Assembly: GCA_036172245.1 (NCBI GenBank)
Contig: JAYWIR010000010.1
Span: forward strand, 2,542,001 to 2,606,000
Direction: 5' to 3'
DNA length: 64,000 nt
DNA from: Raillietiella orientalis
Lineage: Eukaryota
Shown: positions 48,431-63,650 of the stretch, piece after piece
Position numbering within the stretch: the first letter of the stretch is position 1
Layout of the letters: each line of letters opens with the position of its first letter
Translations under genes and position numbers: made by a program
The notes under the pieces: generated by a model
What the model was told of the DNA's origin: nothing
Seen by the model: only the letters and a program-made list of their open reading frames with translations
Databases searched by the model: none

Positions 48431-49249
48431 ACGGTTATTCAGTCAGCTTATTGTTAAATGCGATTCATACTTGAGATGCAATCCTTGCATGGTGTTTTAC
48501 TCTTTCCATATTGCTTAAGCAAGAAACGGTAATAACCGTTTTTACTAACGACGAACAAATTGATTCTCTCAACTCATTTTCCAAATTTTGTGTATTAACT
48601 CTCTTATAACTCTCTGCATCCTCACCTGGTTATGCCGGGACATTTATTGTAGATATTATCATACGTCTTCCAGTCTTTTTGTATTGGCAGTTCCGGAGGA
48701 TTTCTCCGCTAGGAAGCAGTCTCCAAAAGAGGTCCGCGAAGGGAAATTCGGGAAAAAGGGAATAAACAAATGAAGGTTAAACAAAAAAAGTACCGACATG
48801 TTTGGAAGGGAGGGAAGGGAAGGGATTATGGTGGCCTCTGGATCTTCTCAAGGATGCTGGCAATTTCCACCTGGTTGTTCCTCAGGTACAGTCATCTCAC
48901 CGCGATCCTTACTGAGGATGAGACGAGACACCTTCTAGGTTATTCCGAACTCTGTTGTCAGATCCTCTAGCCCCATGATTGAGCGGACGCAGCACAAAAC
49001 TGAGATCGTCGCGACAAGCGAGTTTTCTTTTCTGTCTTCTCTGTACACAATACAAAAGCTGGGAGGTGCCTTAGTCGAATAGAATAAAATCGATCTTGGT
49101 TTCTTAGAGGTAAGTTGTGACTGATAGTGGGTGTTGACGGGGAAGAAATCAAAGAGTCAATACCAAGAATCTGTTTCCTATACTGAATACTTGAAGTTCG
49201 TTTGCCAACAATTGGTGCCTAAAAATTTCTCGAATGAAACCAAATCCCT

Positions 49250-50400
49250 TCCATTTTGAACAGTGAAACGCTGCAGGACCAGGAAGAAGCGCCTCGAGGC
49301 ATGGATGCTGTAGAGATGTCAGAAATGAAGGGGCATTCTAAGGTTCATGCTTTTGGTGAGAATCCGACAGATGACACAGATCTTACATGACTCTGAGACT
49401 GATACAAGACGAGTTGTTCTTTGGAACAAAGATATTCAACACAACAAGACTCTCTCTTGCTTTTCCTTCCTTCCAGTGTTCTGGTAAGGAATTTGCTTGA
49501 TAGTGAAGGATGCAGTTCGAAACAACAACAAAAAAAAAACAGACGCACGGATTTTATTGTTAGCCAAAGGCAAAGAATGAAGCGGACTTCGATGATCATC
49601 TAGTTTTGCAATCATCTGACAACTCCTAGACATCATTATTCAAAGCCAGTTGTCGGCACAGCTACCAGTATACTTTTCCTCGAAATAGCCTTTGCTATGG
49701 TTGCAGCACAAGGGATTTGTTCTGGTGACACATTTGATGATCATTTTCTCTTTCCTTGTGGCATTGTTTTGGAAAGCACAGGCCATTTGGCAATGGCCAC
49801 CTTCAGGAATCAATGAAATGGACGAATGCCTTCTTCCAGTGAAATCCCCATTAGCGAACATGAGATCTTTTCTAATGAACTTATTCCACCTTCACTAGAT
49901 TCTCCAGCACCTTCGAGTACGAATCGAGAAAGAGGAAGGCGTTTTCTTTTGGCTTTGAAGGAGCCCTCCTACAGATTCCCTCCTTTCATATTATTTGCGT
50001 GTTATTCGTAATATTTCATTGTCACCAAAGGTTTATCCTAAACGGATTCAAAGACATCTGCGCGCTTTTGAGAATTCGTGCATCTTCATCACCCAAGGAG
50101 AGTCATAGTACCTCTTGCTCGGCCTTTACCTCAAAGGTTTTTGCTCTGTCTTCATCTTTAAGTACAAGTTTGGTGACCAACAACGTGGTTTTACGCCTTA
50201 GACCGGATATTTTAAAGCCATGCTGCCCACAGAATTCAGAGTTAATATGTATCTTCTATTTTTCACGTCTCTATGGAGAATCTGGAAATCTGTAGTCTCG
50301 TCGAAAAACGCCCCCCAGCTTAGCGTGAAAACACTTCGTAACGACTCCACGGTTTTGATTTGAAGCTCGTATTTTTCTGTAGATGATTGCTTCTTTTGAG
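49250..50400 (-). mobile_element. Further decayed NeSL/Utopia-like segment (CCHC/RLE region)
   Basis: FANGDFT (cf. HFLRNGDFTRFADW), KC...NPLCCNHSKGY (cf. ETLPHVLNHC), then IPYQN and SWS relics. Very eroded. Confidence 0.4.
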
Positions 50401-51844
50401 AATATTCATGACTACACTATGGTTGCTCAAAACACAATGGAAATTCACTCATTCTATCTGAGAGATATTGGACAAATATATTACTTTCATTTCCCGAATT
50501 GGAAAAATATCTCAAAGGAAAAATAATTGGACAAATGCCCAAAAATGTGAAGCAAAATGCAAAGAAAATTATGAGTCAAGATCCCTGTGGATACTCGTGC
50601 TAGGTGTTTTGAATAAATCGGAAAACTGCAAATGATTGCTTATTCATATCTGCAACACAGATATTTTTCAAGAACGCTATAGCGATTGCAATCAGAATAA
50701 AATATCAGTATTAATTTTAGGTTCCTTCTTAAGCTGAAGAAAGAGATCAACGTCGTTGTATTAATATGAACAAAAGCTCTAAGTTTCCGTGTTTGCATGT
50801 TGTAGATAGTTTTGGAAATATGTTGCAGTTGTAACAAGTGCGAGGGAGAGGCTGAAGAATGAAATTATTCAAATTCCATTATTTATAAAAACATTAGGAC
50901 ATTGTATACTTTTCTGATTCACACAGTGGGGGAATGAGTTGAGATCAAAAGTGTGTTAAAGGAATGCTAAAAGGGCATCAGTTGGAACACGAATTCAAAG
51001 TCTTTCGAGTACTAACAAAGGAAGGCTGCTACATGCATGAGTGATGGAATGAAACATATTTAAAAAGAGGAGAAAATTCAGATTATGTTATAAATGATAA
51101 AATAATGTAATCTCAATGCGAAGTTTGCGTGAATTTTTCAAGTTTTTCGGTATGACCATTTATGCTTTTGTCCTTGTCCGGACATATCACAGCTTTCAAT
51201 TTACGGCGTATCGAATTTCAGTGTTGGAAAACTTTTTTGGGGTCGATGAATGAAATCAAAATGCTGTTGTTAACCTCATATGCTTTGTGTTCTTACCTAA
51301 ATGCCAGATTTTCCTTGTCGTGGGGATATATTCAATTGGTCCATTTGCATGAAAGTCCTTAGCTGCTTGTGATAATGGATCCCATGGAAACCTCGTTTGC
51401 TAGAAGGCGTTGTAGTACCTAATTTGAGGAATGCTGAGAGAATTACATCAAACTAAATATGAGTTACATAAATTGCATCGTCTTACTGATTTGTTGCGCA
51501 TGCGTAAGGCTCAATTTGAACAGACCTCTTATACAGAACGCGAGATATGATGAATGACTTTGTGAAAACTCGTAGCAGTGTTTCTATCCTCAAACTCATG
51601 AAATATGTTGCAGAATATCGAATCTAGTTCACAGTGTACAAATAATTAACAGATCTCTTTAAGAAAACTGTTTTCAACTTTCACAGTCGTCTCTGTGAAT
51701 TTTCCCGTTTCTCCCATTTCCCAATGGCAATTCCGTTGACATTGCTAAGGTCGTAAACGACGGTAATTTTTTTTTGACACCACGGTGGTGTAGGAATGAG
51801 TTCGTCATCCAGAAAAGTCACTGCACAGTTATAGGATTCTCAGA

Positions 51845-53151
51845 ATGACATTCATAATATCGTGTTTCAATGGAATTCGATGCATGCCTTTTCCTGCATG
51901 GAAGAAAACAGTAACTATAGACTCTATTGATTCGAAATATTCTCTCATATTTGTCAAGGGCTTTAATTTTTGCAGAGCTTCCTCCTCCTGCAGCACTACT
52001 GCCTCGGTTACAAGGGACCTCAAAGAAGGTCCAGAACTTAAGGACTTCCTTGCTGGACATGTAAATGAAAAGCCAGAGAAAGAAAATAATCATGGGCTCG
52101 CAAGGGACTCTAGACGAATGCGTCTACCCTCTTGGCTACGAGCGAAAGTACCCGCAGGAGCGAATTATGAGAAATTGCGGGAGACATTACGAAAGCTAAA
52201 TTTACACACAGTTTGTGAAGAAGCAAAATGTCCTAACATTGGTGAATGTTGGAGTGGTGGAGAAGAAAAGGTAGCCACTGCCACTATCATGGTACTGCTT
52301 ATTCAACCATGAACTTTCTTTACAGTGTCTTCTAGTTATTAGGTGATCAGTGCACCCGTGGATGTAGATTTTGTGCTGTGCACACATCTCGCTCTCCCCC
52401 CCCTCCCGATCCAAATGAACCCTTCAATACAGCACAAGCAATTGTGACATGGGGACTGGATTATGTTGTCCTGACATCAGTAGATAGAGATGGTTAGAGT
52501 ACTGTTCTTTGAAACATAGTTTATAAGCATTTTCAGACATTGTGGATGGTGGTGCTAAACATTTTGCAAAGACTATAGCAGAGATTAAAAAACAGTAAGT
52601 GAACTGATATTGTAGTCTAATGAATATCAATTTCTAGAGGTCCACATATCTTGGTTGAATGTTTGACACCAGATTTTGGTGGAAACTTGGCAGCAATTGA
52701 AACTGTAGTAAAATCAGAACCTGATGTATTTGCCCATAACTTGGAAACAGTGAAAGAGTTACAGAAGAGTGTAAGGGATCGGCGAGCAAATTATGATCAA
52801 TCACTTACAGTGCTACACCATGCCAAACAATTAAAGCCACACCTGATAACAAAATCGTCCCTTATGCTTGGACTGGGTGAAAATGACCAGCAGATCATGA
52901 ATGCATTCAAAGATTTACGTGCAGTAGGTGTTGACTGTGTAACACTAGGCCAGTATTTGCAACCTACCCGTCGCCACATGAGTGTTAAGGAGTTTGTTAC
53001 TCCTAAACAATTTACAGAATGGGAGAAGTATGCACTTGAGCTTGGCTTTGCATATGCTGCATGTGGTCCTCTAGTACGCAGTTCATACAGAGCAGGAGAA
53101 TTGTTTGTGCGCCACTTGGTAAACAAAAGAAAGCAAAATATATCCCAATAA
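51845..53151 (+). CDS. LIAS: Mitochondrial lipoyl synthase (radical SAM)
   Basis: [98 protein letters not shown]. Short GT-AG introns; TAA at 53149-53151. Confidence 0.97.
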
Positions 53152-53196
53152 ATCTCAAAGCATCTTGTGGAAAGAATGAATGCTATTTTGGAGTAG

Positions 53197-55286
53197 CTAT
53201 TCTTTCTGAGAACGTCGTTGACGGGGTGATGAACTGATATGGGGTGACACATCACTAACATTGTGCAAATCCTGAAAAGTTTCATCAACATTGTAAACTA
53301 AGAAAAAACTTGGAAACCTCTAATTCTTCTTCCGAAGTGTTATCAGAAAGCTTCTGATCACCAGAATCATTTGGCTCCTTCTCATCTTCTGCTGATTGGA
53401 ATGCCTGTTCCTCTGGAGCATCATCATTTGTGGGCTCATCTGTTTTCTTGTAGTCGGCTTCAGATTTGCTCACCTACAAGAGACATCTTCACAAACTTAG
53501 ATGGTAACTAGTCATCACCTTTTTAGATGGGGAGCAGCAGAAGGTGAACAAGAGAACTAAAGGTAATCCAATTAAGACAACATAGATGGCCCATATCCAT
53601 GGATAGCGATTGGTGAAGCGAACAATGCGTTTCCACCAAGATACCTAAAATAAAGAATCAATCCTTCAATCTTTGAATTTTGCAGTTGCACAAAGCAGAC
53701 ATGCATGTCATACCTTAATATATTTCACAATATATCAAGATATTTTGTTCACATATAATGAGGGCAATGCTCACCGTTTCTCCTTCATGCTGTTCCAGTT
53801 TAAGATCATATGTGCTATGAAGCCATTCATCAGCATCTTTTTCATTATCAGACATGAAAACATTATCAAAGTATACACTATCTGACATGGACCATAATTC
53901 AAATCCTATAGCTCCCTACCAGACAGCTATAATCATTAATTTGATCCAAAACACTTACAATGGGAAGCATTTTGAAAGGATTTTCATCATAAAAATAATC
54001 AGGATTAGGTATACGCCTTGGATGCCACTCCCCACGGTATTTAGGATTAGGAATCAATGGAGGTGTCCATTTTTCTTTATATAAGGGATTCTCTTTCATT
54101 GGAGCTTTCCAGGGTCCACATCCTGGTGCATTTGCACATTTAGGATTAGGGATTAGTGGTGGCTCATATTCTCCATCCATGTCAGGATCCCTTGAATTCC
54201 ACACGTACAAAACTGAGTTTTCAGTTGTACATCCTTACCAATCTTCTGGTTGCACAGCATTAGTGTCTGACACCATTTCTGATTCACTTTCCAGCCAGCC
54301 AGCAGGCATTTTTGCATCTAAATCTGGTATCATTCTTGGTTGGGTTTCATCCCAATCATCAGGACGCTTAGCTTCAGGATCAGGGATATGATCACGATCA
54401 TCCCAATCACTTGGTTTAGTATCTGAAGGATCATCAATCTCCTTAGGAGGATTCACTGGCGGATCCATATCTTTTAAAAGGCTTCCAGATGCAACCACTT
54501 CTTTATCTATCCATACAGTGTATGTATTATCTGGACTAACAACTAGCCGAAGAACATGAGGCTTATTATCTCTAACTATCTCCTCAATGTTAGAATTTAT
54601 CCGGGCTCGTTTCTCTGATATGGAACCATTTATTGGATTCACATGCCTCATAATGAAATATAACTATCAACTAGTTTAACTGAGAGTTCTGAATCTTAAT
54701 GCTTACTTTATGGTCATTGCCGCATTTGTCTGGACCAAACATAATGGTATATGGTGTGCCTTCATGAAAGTTTGAAGGATCAAACTTGGGATCATAGGTT
54801 AAGAGCTTCAGGTAGGCTCCACCACATTCTTGTCCACCTTGAAAGCTAACTTCATATTGAACTACAAGAGGCTTATTATTATTAAAGTGAAAGGGTTGTT
54901 TCAAAATTCGACTAATTGCAAAATGTTTTGCACGGGATCTCATGACTAGACCCAAATCTCCAGAAAGAGGATATTTTTGTAAAGGTTCAAGTTTCCAAGT
55001 GCCATCATAAAGTGATAATGAATCATCAGCTCCTCTCCTCTGGGCTTTTGATAAATGCCAGTTCTGCCACACTTGTGATTCATCATCAAAGGATTCTGCT
55101 ATGAAGGCATTTGCAGATTTAGGTGTTCTGTAAAACACTTCTGGAATTTTCTTGTTGTCCTATTGGTATGATATTAAGTTACTGTTACTTCAACACTTGC
55201 TTGTTTACCTCTTTTGCATCTTCTCCATGTATCCTGTTTTCCCAGATGATACCAACTAGTAATAACCAAACATAGCACTGCCGCAT
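53197..55286 (-). CDS. CANX: Calnexin
   Basis: Signal peptide from ATG 55286 ([14 protein letters not shown]). [35 protein letters not shown]-domain repeats [61 protein letters not shown]; acidic tail ending [10 protein letters not shown]. Confidence 0.97.
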
Positions 55287-58200
55287 TTTTTAAAAATTAA
55301 TCCTTTAAAACGCAAACATGTACACTTTAGTATATTCAGGTCGATACATTGTACCTATTATACCGTATACATTCACAATTAATAAATAAATATCATGAAG
55401 GATTATTCTCAATGAAACTGGTTCGAATCTAATCAAACTATTCGATTAATTAAGTTGGTTGCTGATAACAAAAAATTACCAATTAACAGTTAATTACGTA
55501 CTTATTTATATTATGTGGATCTGATACACAAAAACGTGTATTACATTAAAAGAAACTATAAAAGTGATCATGATCTGCCGACTCGATAACTCATAAAATT
55601 ATTAACTATTCTTTATGAAACAACACAATCCATAATTTTCTTTTCTTTACGATGGCGTTAAATAATGCATGCGCTAGTGAAGATTCACACAAACAAACAA
55701 GCATACTTTAATTATTTCCACAGCATGATGAATTAATTTAGGAGGTATTATTTCAGTTTCCCATTCTTGAAGCACACACGGCCAGCTTCTTACGAAGAAT
55801 CACGAATCACATCACCTCTTCAGCTGGCACATGTGTCTTTCAATTAACGCTTTTTATGTGCACACAAATTACCAATAGGAGTTGTTCAAACTTTTCAACT
55901 GTTTCGATCGAATGCTACAAAAATTACACTTTGTGATATACTTCATAGGATTAAAAAGACGTAAGGGGGGGGGAGGGAAAAAAAAAAAAAAAGATTTGCA
56001 TGCAAATACTGCTCGTGCATGAACATCAAACGTCCATCAATTCGATTGGTTTACAAAGGAGTTTTGACACCCATGATTAGCTCATTTTGGAGACGTGAAT
56101 CTCAATAGCACTTCTGCACGAAATGCCCTGCTGGGTTTTGTGCCTCCCAGTCGTACATAGCGTGGTACATGCACTTCGAAACGTGTTGGCTGATGGAATT
56201 TTCACTTACTATTTGCTAGGTCGCACCACTCTATTTACCAAGATAGAAGTTGGATCACAACGTTTTAGGTATATGAAGGGCTACGATGTTAAGCTACTGG
56301 GTTATTATAGCGCGCAGGTATTACATAGGTTTATGAATAAAATTGGCACGAAAATCTATACATCAAGATACACAACGAATTGTAATGAAAGAAACAAACA
56401 AATGCTCAATCCAGCTTGAACTGATAGACATGCACACAAATACATTGTTCCTTTTTTTTTTTCCTTCGAGAAATCTACCTATCGTTTTGCTTCATTAACC
56501 TTAACACAACTTTCTTGCAAATACATTTTGAGAATTAAATCAAATTTCATCTGATGACAACATGAGTGTTCAAGAATCATTCGATACCACGAATTCAAAA
56601 TATCACAGAAATTTTGAATTCCTGCTATAAAATCTACACATATACGAGGTTCGTAATTCTGATTTAATATTTCGGATAATTTGGTGCTATGCATTTTTTT
56701 CCCTTCTGTTTTCATAGCTCTATACCACTTTCATTTAAATTAAAATTCTTAATTTTTAGGCACAGCTCCACTTTTTAAATCATACTATCAGTTAAGGAAA
56801 CTCATATTTCGTATAGATGGGAAACAAGCGAAAATGAAAAATTTATGTTTCTATTTTTATAGTATCAACGGCAAGACAGAAAACACATTGATAACCAATA
56901 TTTCGATCTGTCCAGACACTTCATGGTCCATCCTATTTGTATCACTCCCATTTTAGAATATGGGATAAAGGAATACAAGTTTGAATTCACAAAGCCGCTA
57001 GATTTCTTTATCACTTGGAATCCTCCCTTCTTGCTGATTAAACACACACACACACAAAGAATTCTATTTGGATTTTTCTTATGCTTGCACATTCTTTCCA
57101 CATATGTCATTATTCCAACGATAATTCTACACTTTCTTTTAAAAAAACAAACAGAAGAGTTCAATGATAAACTTGAATGATATTAAATATTATCTGTAGT
57201 TACTCCTATTTCAAGATTCCACAATGGAAGGAATATAATTTAATGATGCTCCCAAGAGCACCTGTATTCAGTCAATACTACATTTTTATGAGTTCTTGTA
57301 TGAGCTGGATAACGATAAAAATGAAATTTTTCAAAATATTATGTATCCATATGATAACATAGAATGACTGCTTTAAAGTTCCTGAATTTCGTTTATTACA
57401 AAAGTGTCCATTTTTTAAAATTTTCGTTTATTAAATTAGATGATTTTAGAATGGAAACTTGTACCAAGAAATTACTTTCCTTAGTATGTAGGAGTGCTAC
57501 GACATTAATCTCTCCCATTTCTGATCTTTCATTTTTGTAAGGAATAATACACACAGGAAGTCAGAGCGACATTGCGCAAAAATATTTGGTTCTGGTTAAC
57601 CTGTTCATGTGAATGACCTGAAATTTACTGGGAAAATCTTTGTCTCATTAGATTCAAGTTCTAATTGTCATATCACGGCTGTCAATCACTCAAAAAAAAA
57701 CTTTTGAAGTAATTTTACTATAAAGATGTGTCTAATCTTTTGCTGAATTTTCTGAGCGGCGAACACAAATTAATAAATGCATAGCGCCCATACAAAATTA
57801 TGCTGCTCACATTTACTGACATACTTTATAAAAAAAATGAACGCTATTGTGAATACAAAACAGCAACACTAGGAGGGAGGAGGAATGCTATTACAATGGC
57901 ATATGCTGGAAAATGAACATTGAACCTGAAAATAAATGTGTAAGAACAATTTCTGTAATTTGCATTTTCGAACCCTGCAGGAGATATGCAATCATACGTA
58001 TTGCGGAAGCTGCATGAAGTAGCAACTCGGTATACATCAACAAGCATAATGAGCGGTATTAATGAATTCGCGTGATAAACCTGCATACGAATCAAGGAGA
58101 CACTATCCTGACTGGCAACCTACAGTGTTTTTCTAAATAAAACATGTCTGTTCTTTAGCTACATCTGAGTTCAAAGAAGGAAGGTCTTTGGAACAATGTT

Positions 58201-59368
58201 CAGATCAAATTCAAATACAAATTCCAAATAAAAACGTTTTCGGAAGTGCCAAATTAATGGCGATTTACTAAAGGATTTTGGATAATTTCATCAAGAGCTA
58301 AATGCATAATTCAATTTTTCAAGACAAGAAAACAACTAGGTTGCAGTGCGTAGCAAAAGCGGCCATTTATGTAGCATAGAATTATTTGGAATTCATTTAC
58401 TTTTCCATATGATAGTTTGTTTTTCGTAATAATGTTGCTACATCTTGGAACAGATTATCAATCTCTCGAACCTGAAATTCGATGTACGATGCAGTTTTAA
58501 TGCATCGTTATTTCGTAACTAAACACATGGCAAATAATATAACTGCTTATGTTCTCGTTGCATCTTGTATATTTAACAATTGATTTCCAGGAAAGAATTA
58601 TCATAATAAGTGAATGTAGGATTTTGAATCAAAACTTCCTAGAATATATTTCATAGGAAATAATGAGTAATCTAACAAGATATTCAGAGTATATACAACT
58701 GGATTAAAATATAAAAGAATGAGCATTATTTTCTATTAGTCATGTCTGCAATACTCATGCAAGTTCTCGATTTCCAAAGAGAATTTTGATACATTTTTCT
58801 TTAGAATTTTGGCAGATATGATCATTGTAACCTAAACAAAACCGTTATTCTGTGAATACTAGGCATGAAAGGACATATTGAGTTCATCTCAATATCTCAT
58901 TTAAAACAATGTATAATTATGAATTAAAAGACATTATTTAAACTTGTTGAATTAATAAATATATACAATTATCTGTTATATGTCATATGTATGAATTCCG
59001 AAAATTGGTTGTAATAATTACAGGTAGACTTCAAAATTTCTGTCCTACAGGCAGAAATTTTAACGTAGACAATCGCTTCCAAAGATTGAACCGACTGACA
59101 AATTATTGAAGTTCATTTTAACGCAATGGAATTCCAAGAAAATATATAAATAAAACATATGAATCATTCTGTACATAGTTTACAATTTACTATCTATCTA
59201 AAATATTTGTTTACTATCTATCAATTTACTATCTATCTAAAATGTAATAAAAGTGGAGCGTACCAATTTTTTAAATACTTATTAGGTTTTAAATACTTAT
59301 TGTGGAAGTTGGCAATAGTAACTTCTTCCGTTATAGGGGGTGCGGAAGTGTTGTAAAGTAGAAGTACG

Positions 59369-60359
<991 letters not shown>

Positions 60360-60415
60360 TTTAATAAAGTGAAGGAAATATATCAACATTATCAGTGAAT
60401 AAGATACATGTATAT

Positions 60416-61470
60416 TTAGGCATTGTGAAGGGATGGAGCTAAATACCTAACTGCAGAAATCAGCATCTGTATCAGAGAACGGATAAAATTTGGGCATCTA
60501 GGGCTATTAATAATCTGATAGCATATCAGGTTGATTTCTTGGAACATTATTTTTGTATAAGGATTTCTTCTAGATGCATAACGATGATAAACAAATTGAT
60601 AATATAAAAATAAAGTTATTGGATTGTTGCGTCCACTGAAAGAAATATGAATGTATACATTCCTTTTATATGAAGGTTTCAATAGGTTTCTTCAACAAAA
60701 GAAATAACATTACCTTATAAAGTCTAACAGTAGGATAGGTAGAAGCACAATTTCAGCTAATGCTATTACACGAAATAAATTTTCAGAATAGCTTGTGAAA
60801 GAACGTAAGTAATAAGCTACTTTGGAGTCCTTATGCAGGATCTAAGATACAATGATTTTATGTGGACACATTCCACTTACCTTAAATAGGTTTCCAAAGA
60901 AACTGGCATTATGCATGACAGCATACAGACAAGGTGGTAACAAAACCACTAGGAAACATTAAGAAAACTCTCGACAAAACTAAGCTTTTCAATTTTACAA
61001 TTAACTGAATGCGTTAAAAACTTAGATTATGAATCTAAAGAAGCAACTGTTACTTATGTATGGAAATTGCAAAGGATACAAGTAATGGGATGTGAACAAA
61101 CACAAATGAATATTAGGGAATAGAAGACATAGTGAAAACTATCTTCCAAAAACAGACGATTTAAAAATTCTCTAGTAAAATGAATCCCTTTAATATGGTG
61201 ATGTAGTCTTAAGGTATAGGCAGCTGCATTTGCCAATAAAACTTTGTAGTAAGCATTATAGGAGGTTCTAAAAACGAAAATAACATTAATAAATTGATAA
61301 ACCGTTGTTAATAAGTGCGTTACTTACATGAACACAGGTACAAAGTACTGGAATGCAAACACGATAGCAAGTAATCTCGCAAAATTGGTAAGAACATCAA
61401 TTTTATTCTTTTTGATAAACTCTATCAAGTATTTGGGACCATGTTGCTCGGTGCACTCTTGATTTGACAT
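60416..61470 (-). CDS. TMEM33: Transmembrane protein 33 (Pom33/Kr-h2 family)
   Basis: ATG 61470; YYKVLLANAAAYTLRLHH, LFLEDSFHYVFYSLIF, LANAEI, RYASRRNPYTKIMFQE; stop at 60416-60418. Confidence 0.92.
60949..61079 (-). other. U12-type (minor spliceosome) GT-AG intron in TMEM33
   Basis: Donor GTATCCTTT; branch-like TTTCTTAAT about 10 nt before the AG; no long polypyrimidine tract. Splicing restores HPITLVLLPP. Confidence 0.85.
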
Positions 61471-62399
61471 TCTGTATATACAATTAACTAGAATCACTTT
61501 ACACTTTAACTACACAACATCATGCATCATAAGAGTATTCCACGCTTTAAGAGTCAAAGCTAGGGATTGTGCAAACTTTTGTAATGTTTGGCACCGTACC
61601 AAGAACCCGGAGCAGAGATTCAAGACTCATTGCCAAGGTGATTTGGTAAAAGTAACTTAATTTTGCAAATATACTTTTCTATCTGTTCTGTCATTTTCTT
61701 CAACAACTTAACTCTAATAAATGATATTAAATCTCCTGATAAATTCTATCAAAAAGATAATAATTTCATTTTTTCTCAATACGCATTCAACAGCATGCTG
61801 AATGTTTCGTTCGAATAAATGTTTGGGTTGTAAACTCCGAATGAACAATCAACATTTGGAATAGGAAAGATTTGTTGTCCCTGCTAACTGATCTATGTAC
61901 TTTGGAATTTTTATTTGTGTTTAACTATCGCGATGAAGATATCTTTTACTTGTTCATTGCGTTTCAAAGCTTCTGGTAGTCAGTCATTTCGTAGGGAGCT
62001 CTCGGAGCTATAATGATTCAATAAGAGCCGGAGATTTTCCATTATCCTCTTATATCTATTATCTATCTATGGCTATAGTTCTCCGAGGTATTCAGTTAAT
62101 TTATACATATCGGACTCCTTCGCAAACACTGTTCTACCTTACATTTAAACCATACATTTAAGCTCTGAATAAAGTCATGGAATTTAATTAAATTCCAACT
62201 ACTTTGAAGGTTGAAACATTTTTTTTGATGTGTATATTTCCAAATGCTGATGCTATACGAACCAACAATATTACCTACAACTTTTAGTAGTGATTACTCT
62301 AAATTTTCTGTTCGCTGAGCTATCTCATGATATTCCTACGTATGTTGAAACCGACTTAATGATGTCATAATGATGATTTTTGAAGTCGCTAATGTTCCC

Positions 62400-63650
62400 C
62401 TGTCCACAGTTGAAGCAAGAGATCCGATCGCTAGAAAATAATCATAACCTTGTTCAAAATAAAACAGTTTGAAAAAATCTTGTGCTCTTTGGAATACAGA
62501 CTACAGCTTGCCGCAGGGATTTTCTTGGAAATTATATCCTTAGCAAAAAATACTGGAAGAGTAAATTGTAAATTCTTCTTCACACAATTATCAATCAGGT
62601 TTCATATGATGGAAAACTCTTTAAAAATTGCCTGAGATTTCGGTGCTGATCTATTTTTTTTCCTCTTTGGAATTGGGAGTACCCTTTCACTTAACTTTTG
62701 CTTCGAACAAAAATCCTGTTTGATTTCCATTGGAGATATTATGGTGAAAACCACCTCCGATGTTCAGTGAATTACTCAGTCACCTCAAATTGCGCTACCG
62801 GGACGAATATAAAAACTTCAACTGCTATATATATTGACCGCTACCTTATCCATACGTCAACTTTCCCAACTGATGCTACCACCCTATTGCATTTGAGTCC
62901 TCAATCCTTATATACACACATATCCACCTTATATCCATTCATAAAGGTGCTTCAAGTATTGCTATTTATTACTGAATTTCACTGACTAGTCAGCCTTTTG
63001 TTACCTTGATTTCGTCGGCAAATTTCATCGCATATTTCCAGCACTCTATGCCGAAATTAACTGCCTGCGCGCCGACTCCAGTGGAAACTTTGATTTTATG
63101 TTCAAAGAAATGAGTTGCCTTCCGCTCTTAATATGAAACTCAACACTTCAAACTATCAGACTCCTGACTATCATGAATTTTTTGTTCGACTCACGCTAAA
63201 CTTAATGAATCAAAATATGGATAAAAATTGATTGTACCCCACATCAAAGCGGCACATCGAGATGATAATTTCGTTGTAAACTTTTCAACTGTTAGCATAG
63301 ACTCATTGTCTCTGCTACGACGTAGTCTGCGGAAGATACTCCAGATGATCTAGCTAGGGACCTCTCTACATTGGCAAACGTGAGCACCACTGCATCCTCA
63401 ATTCTCGAACGAAAGGTTGCGAGAACCTGTCTCAACGAGACAATCTGACTACAGCAAAGTTCCTTTAGCTATCCGGAAGATAGAGAGAGAGATCCGCGAA
63501 GCATCGTATGTCATACAAAAAAAGGAAATCCCTGTTAGTAGCCTGGAAATGAGAATAAGAAACTGTATCGTCGTGGTTTGCTCTGAACGACTATGTAGCA
63601 CCAGCTCCGGGATTTCTAAAATGTTTCCAACTTACCATTAAAGTGGAAAC
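62400..63650 (-). mobile_element. Possible highly eroded CR1/L2-like LINE RT relic
   Basis: Minus-strand MKFADEIKV (63005-63030) resembles the KFADDTK RT motif, with HLYEW downstream. Other motifs are only weakly recognisable. Confidence 0.3.

Noticed and set aside
43000..50400. U2 snRNA or spliced-leader target sequence flanking the Utopia-like relics
   Set aside because: No ATCGCTTCTCGGCC or GTGTAGTATCTGTTC-like sequence, and no SL motif, was found by eye on either strand.
52797..53291. 164-aa minus-strand ORF and similar antisense ORFs (17025-17435, 34009-34350, 270-761)
   Set aside because: Shadow frames opposite real coding exons.
59182..59301. Short tandem duplications upstream of RPS3 (also 13815-13865) as a CRISPR-like or regulatory array
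   Set aside because: Only 2-3 AT-rich copies without unique spacers; ordinary slippage duplications in a eukaryote.
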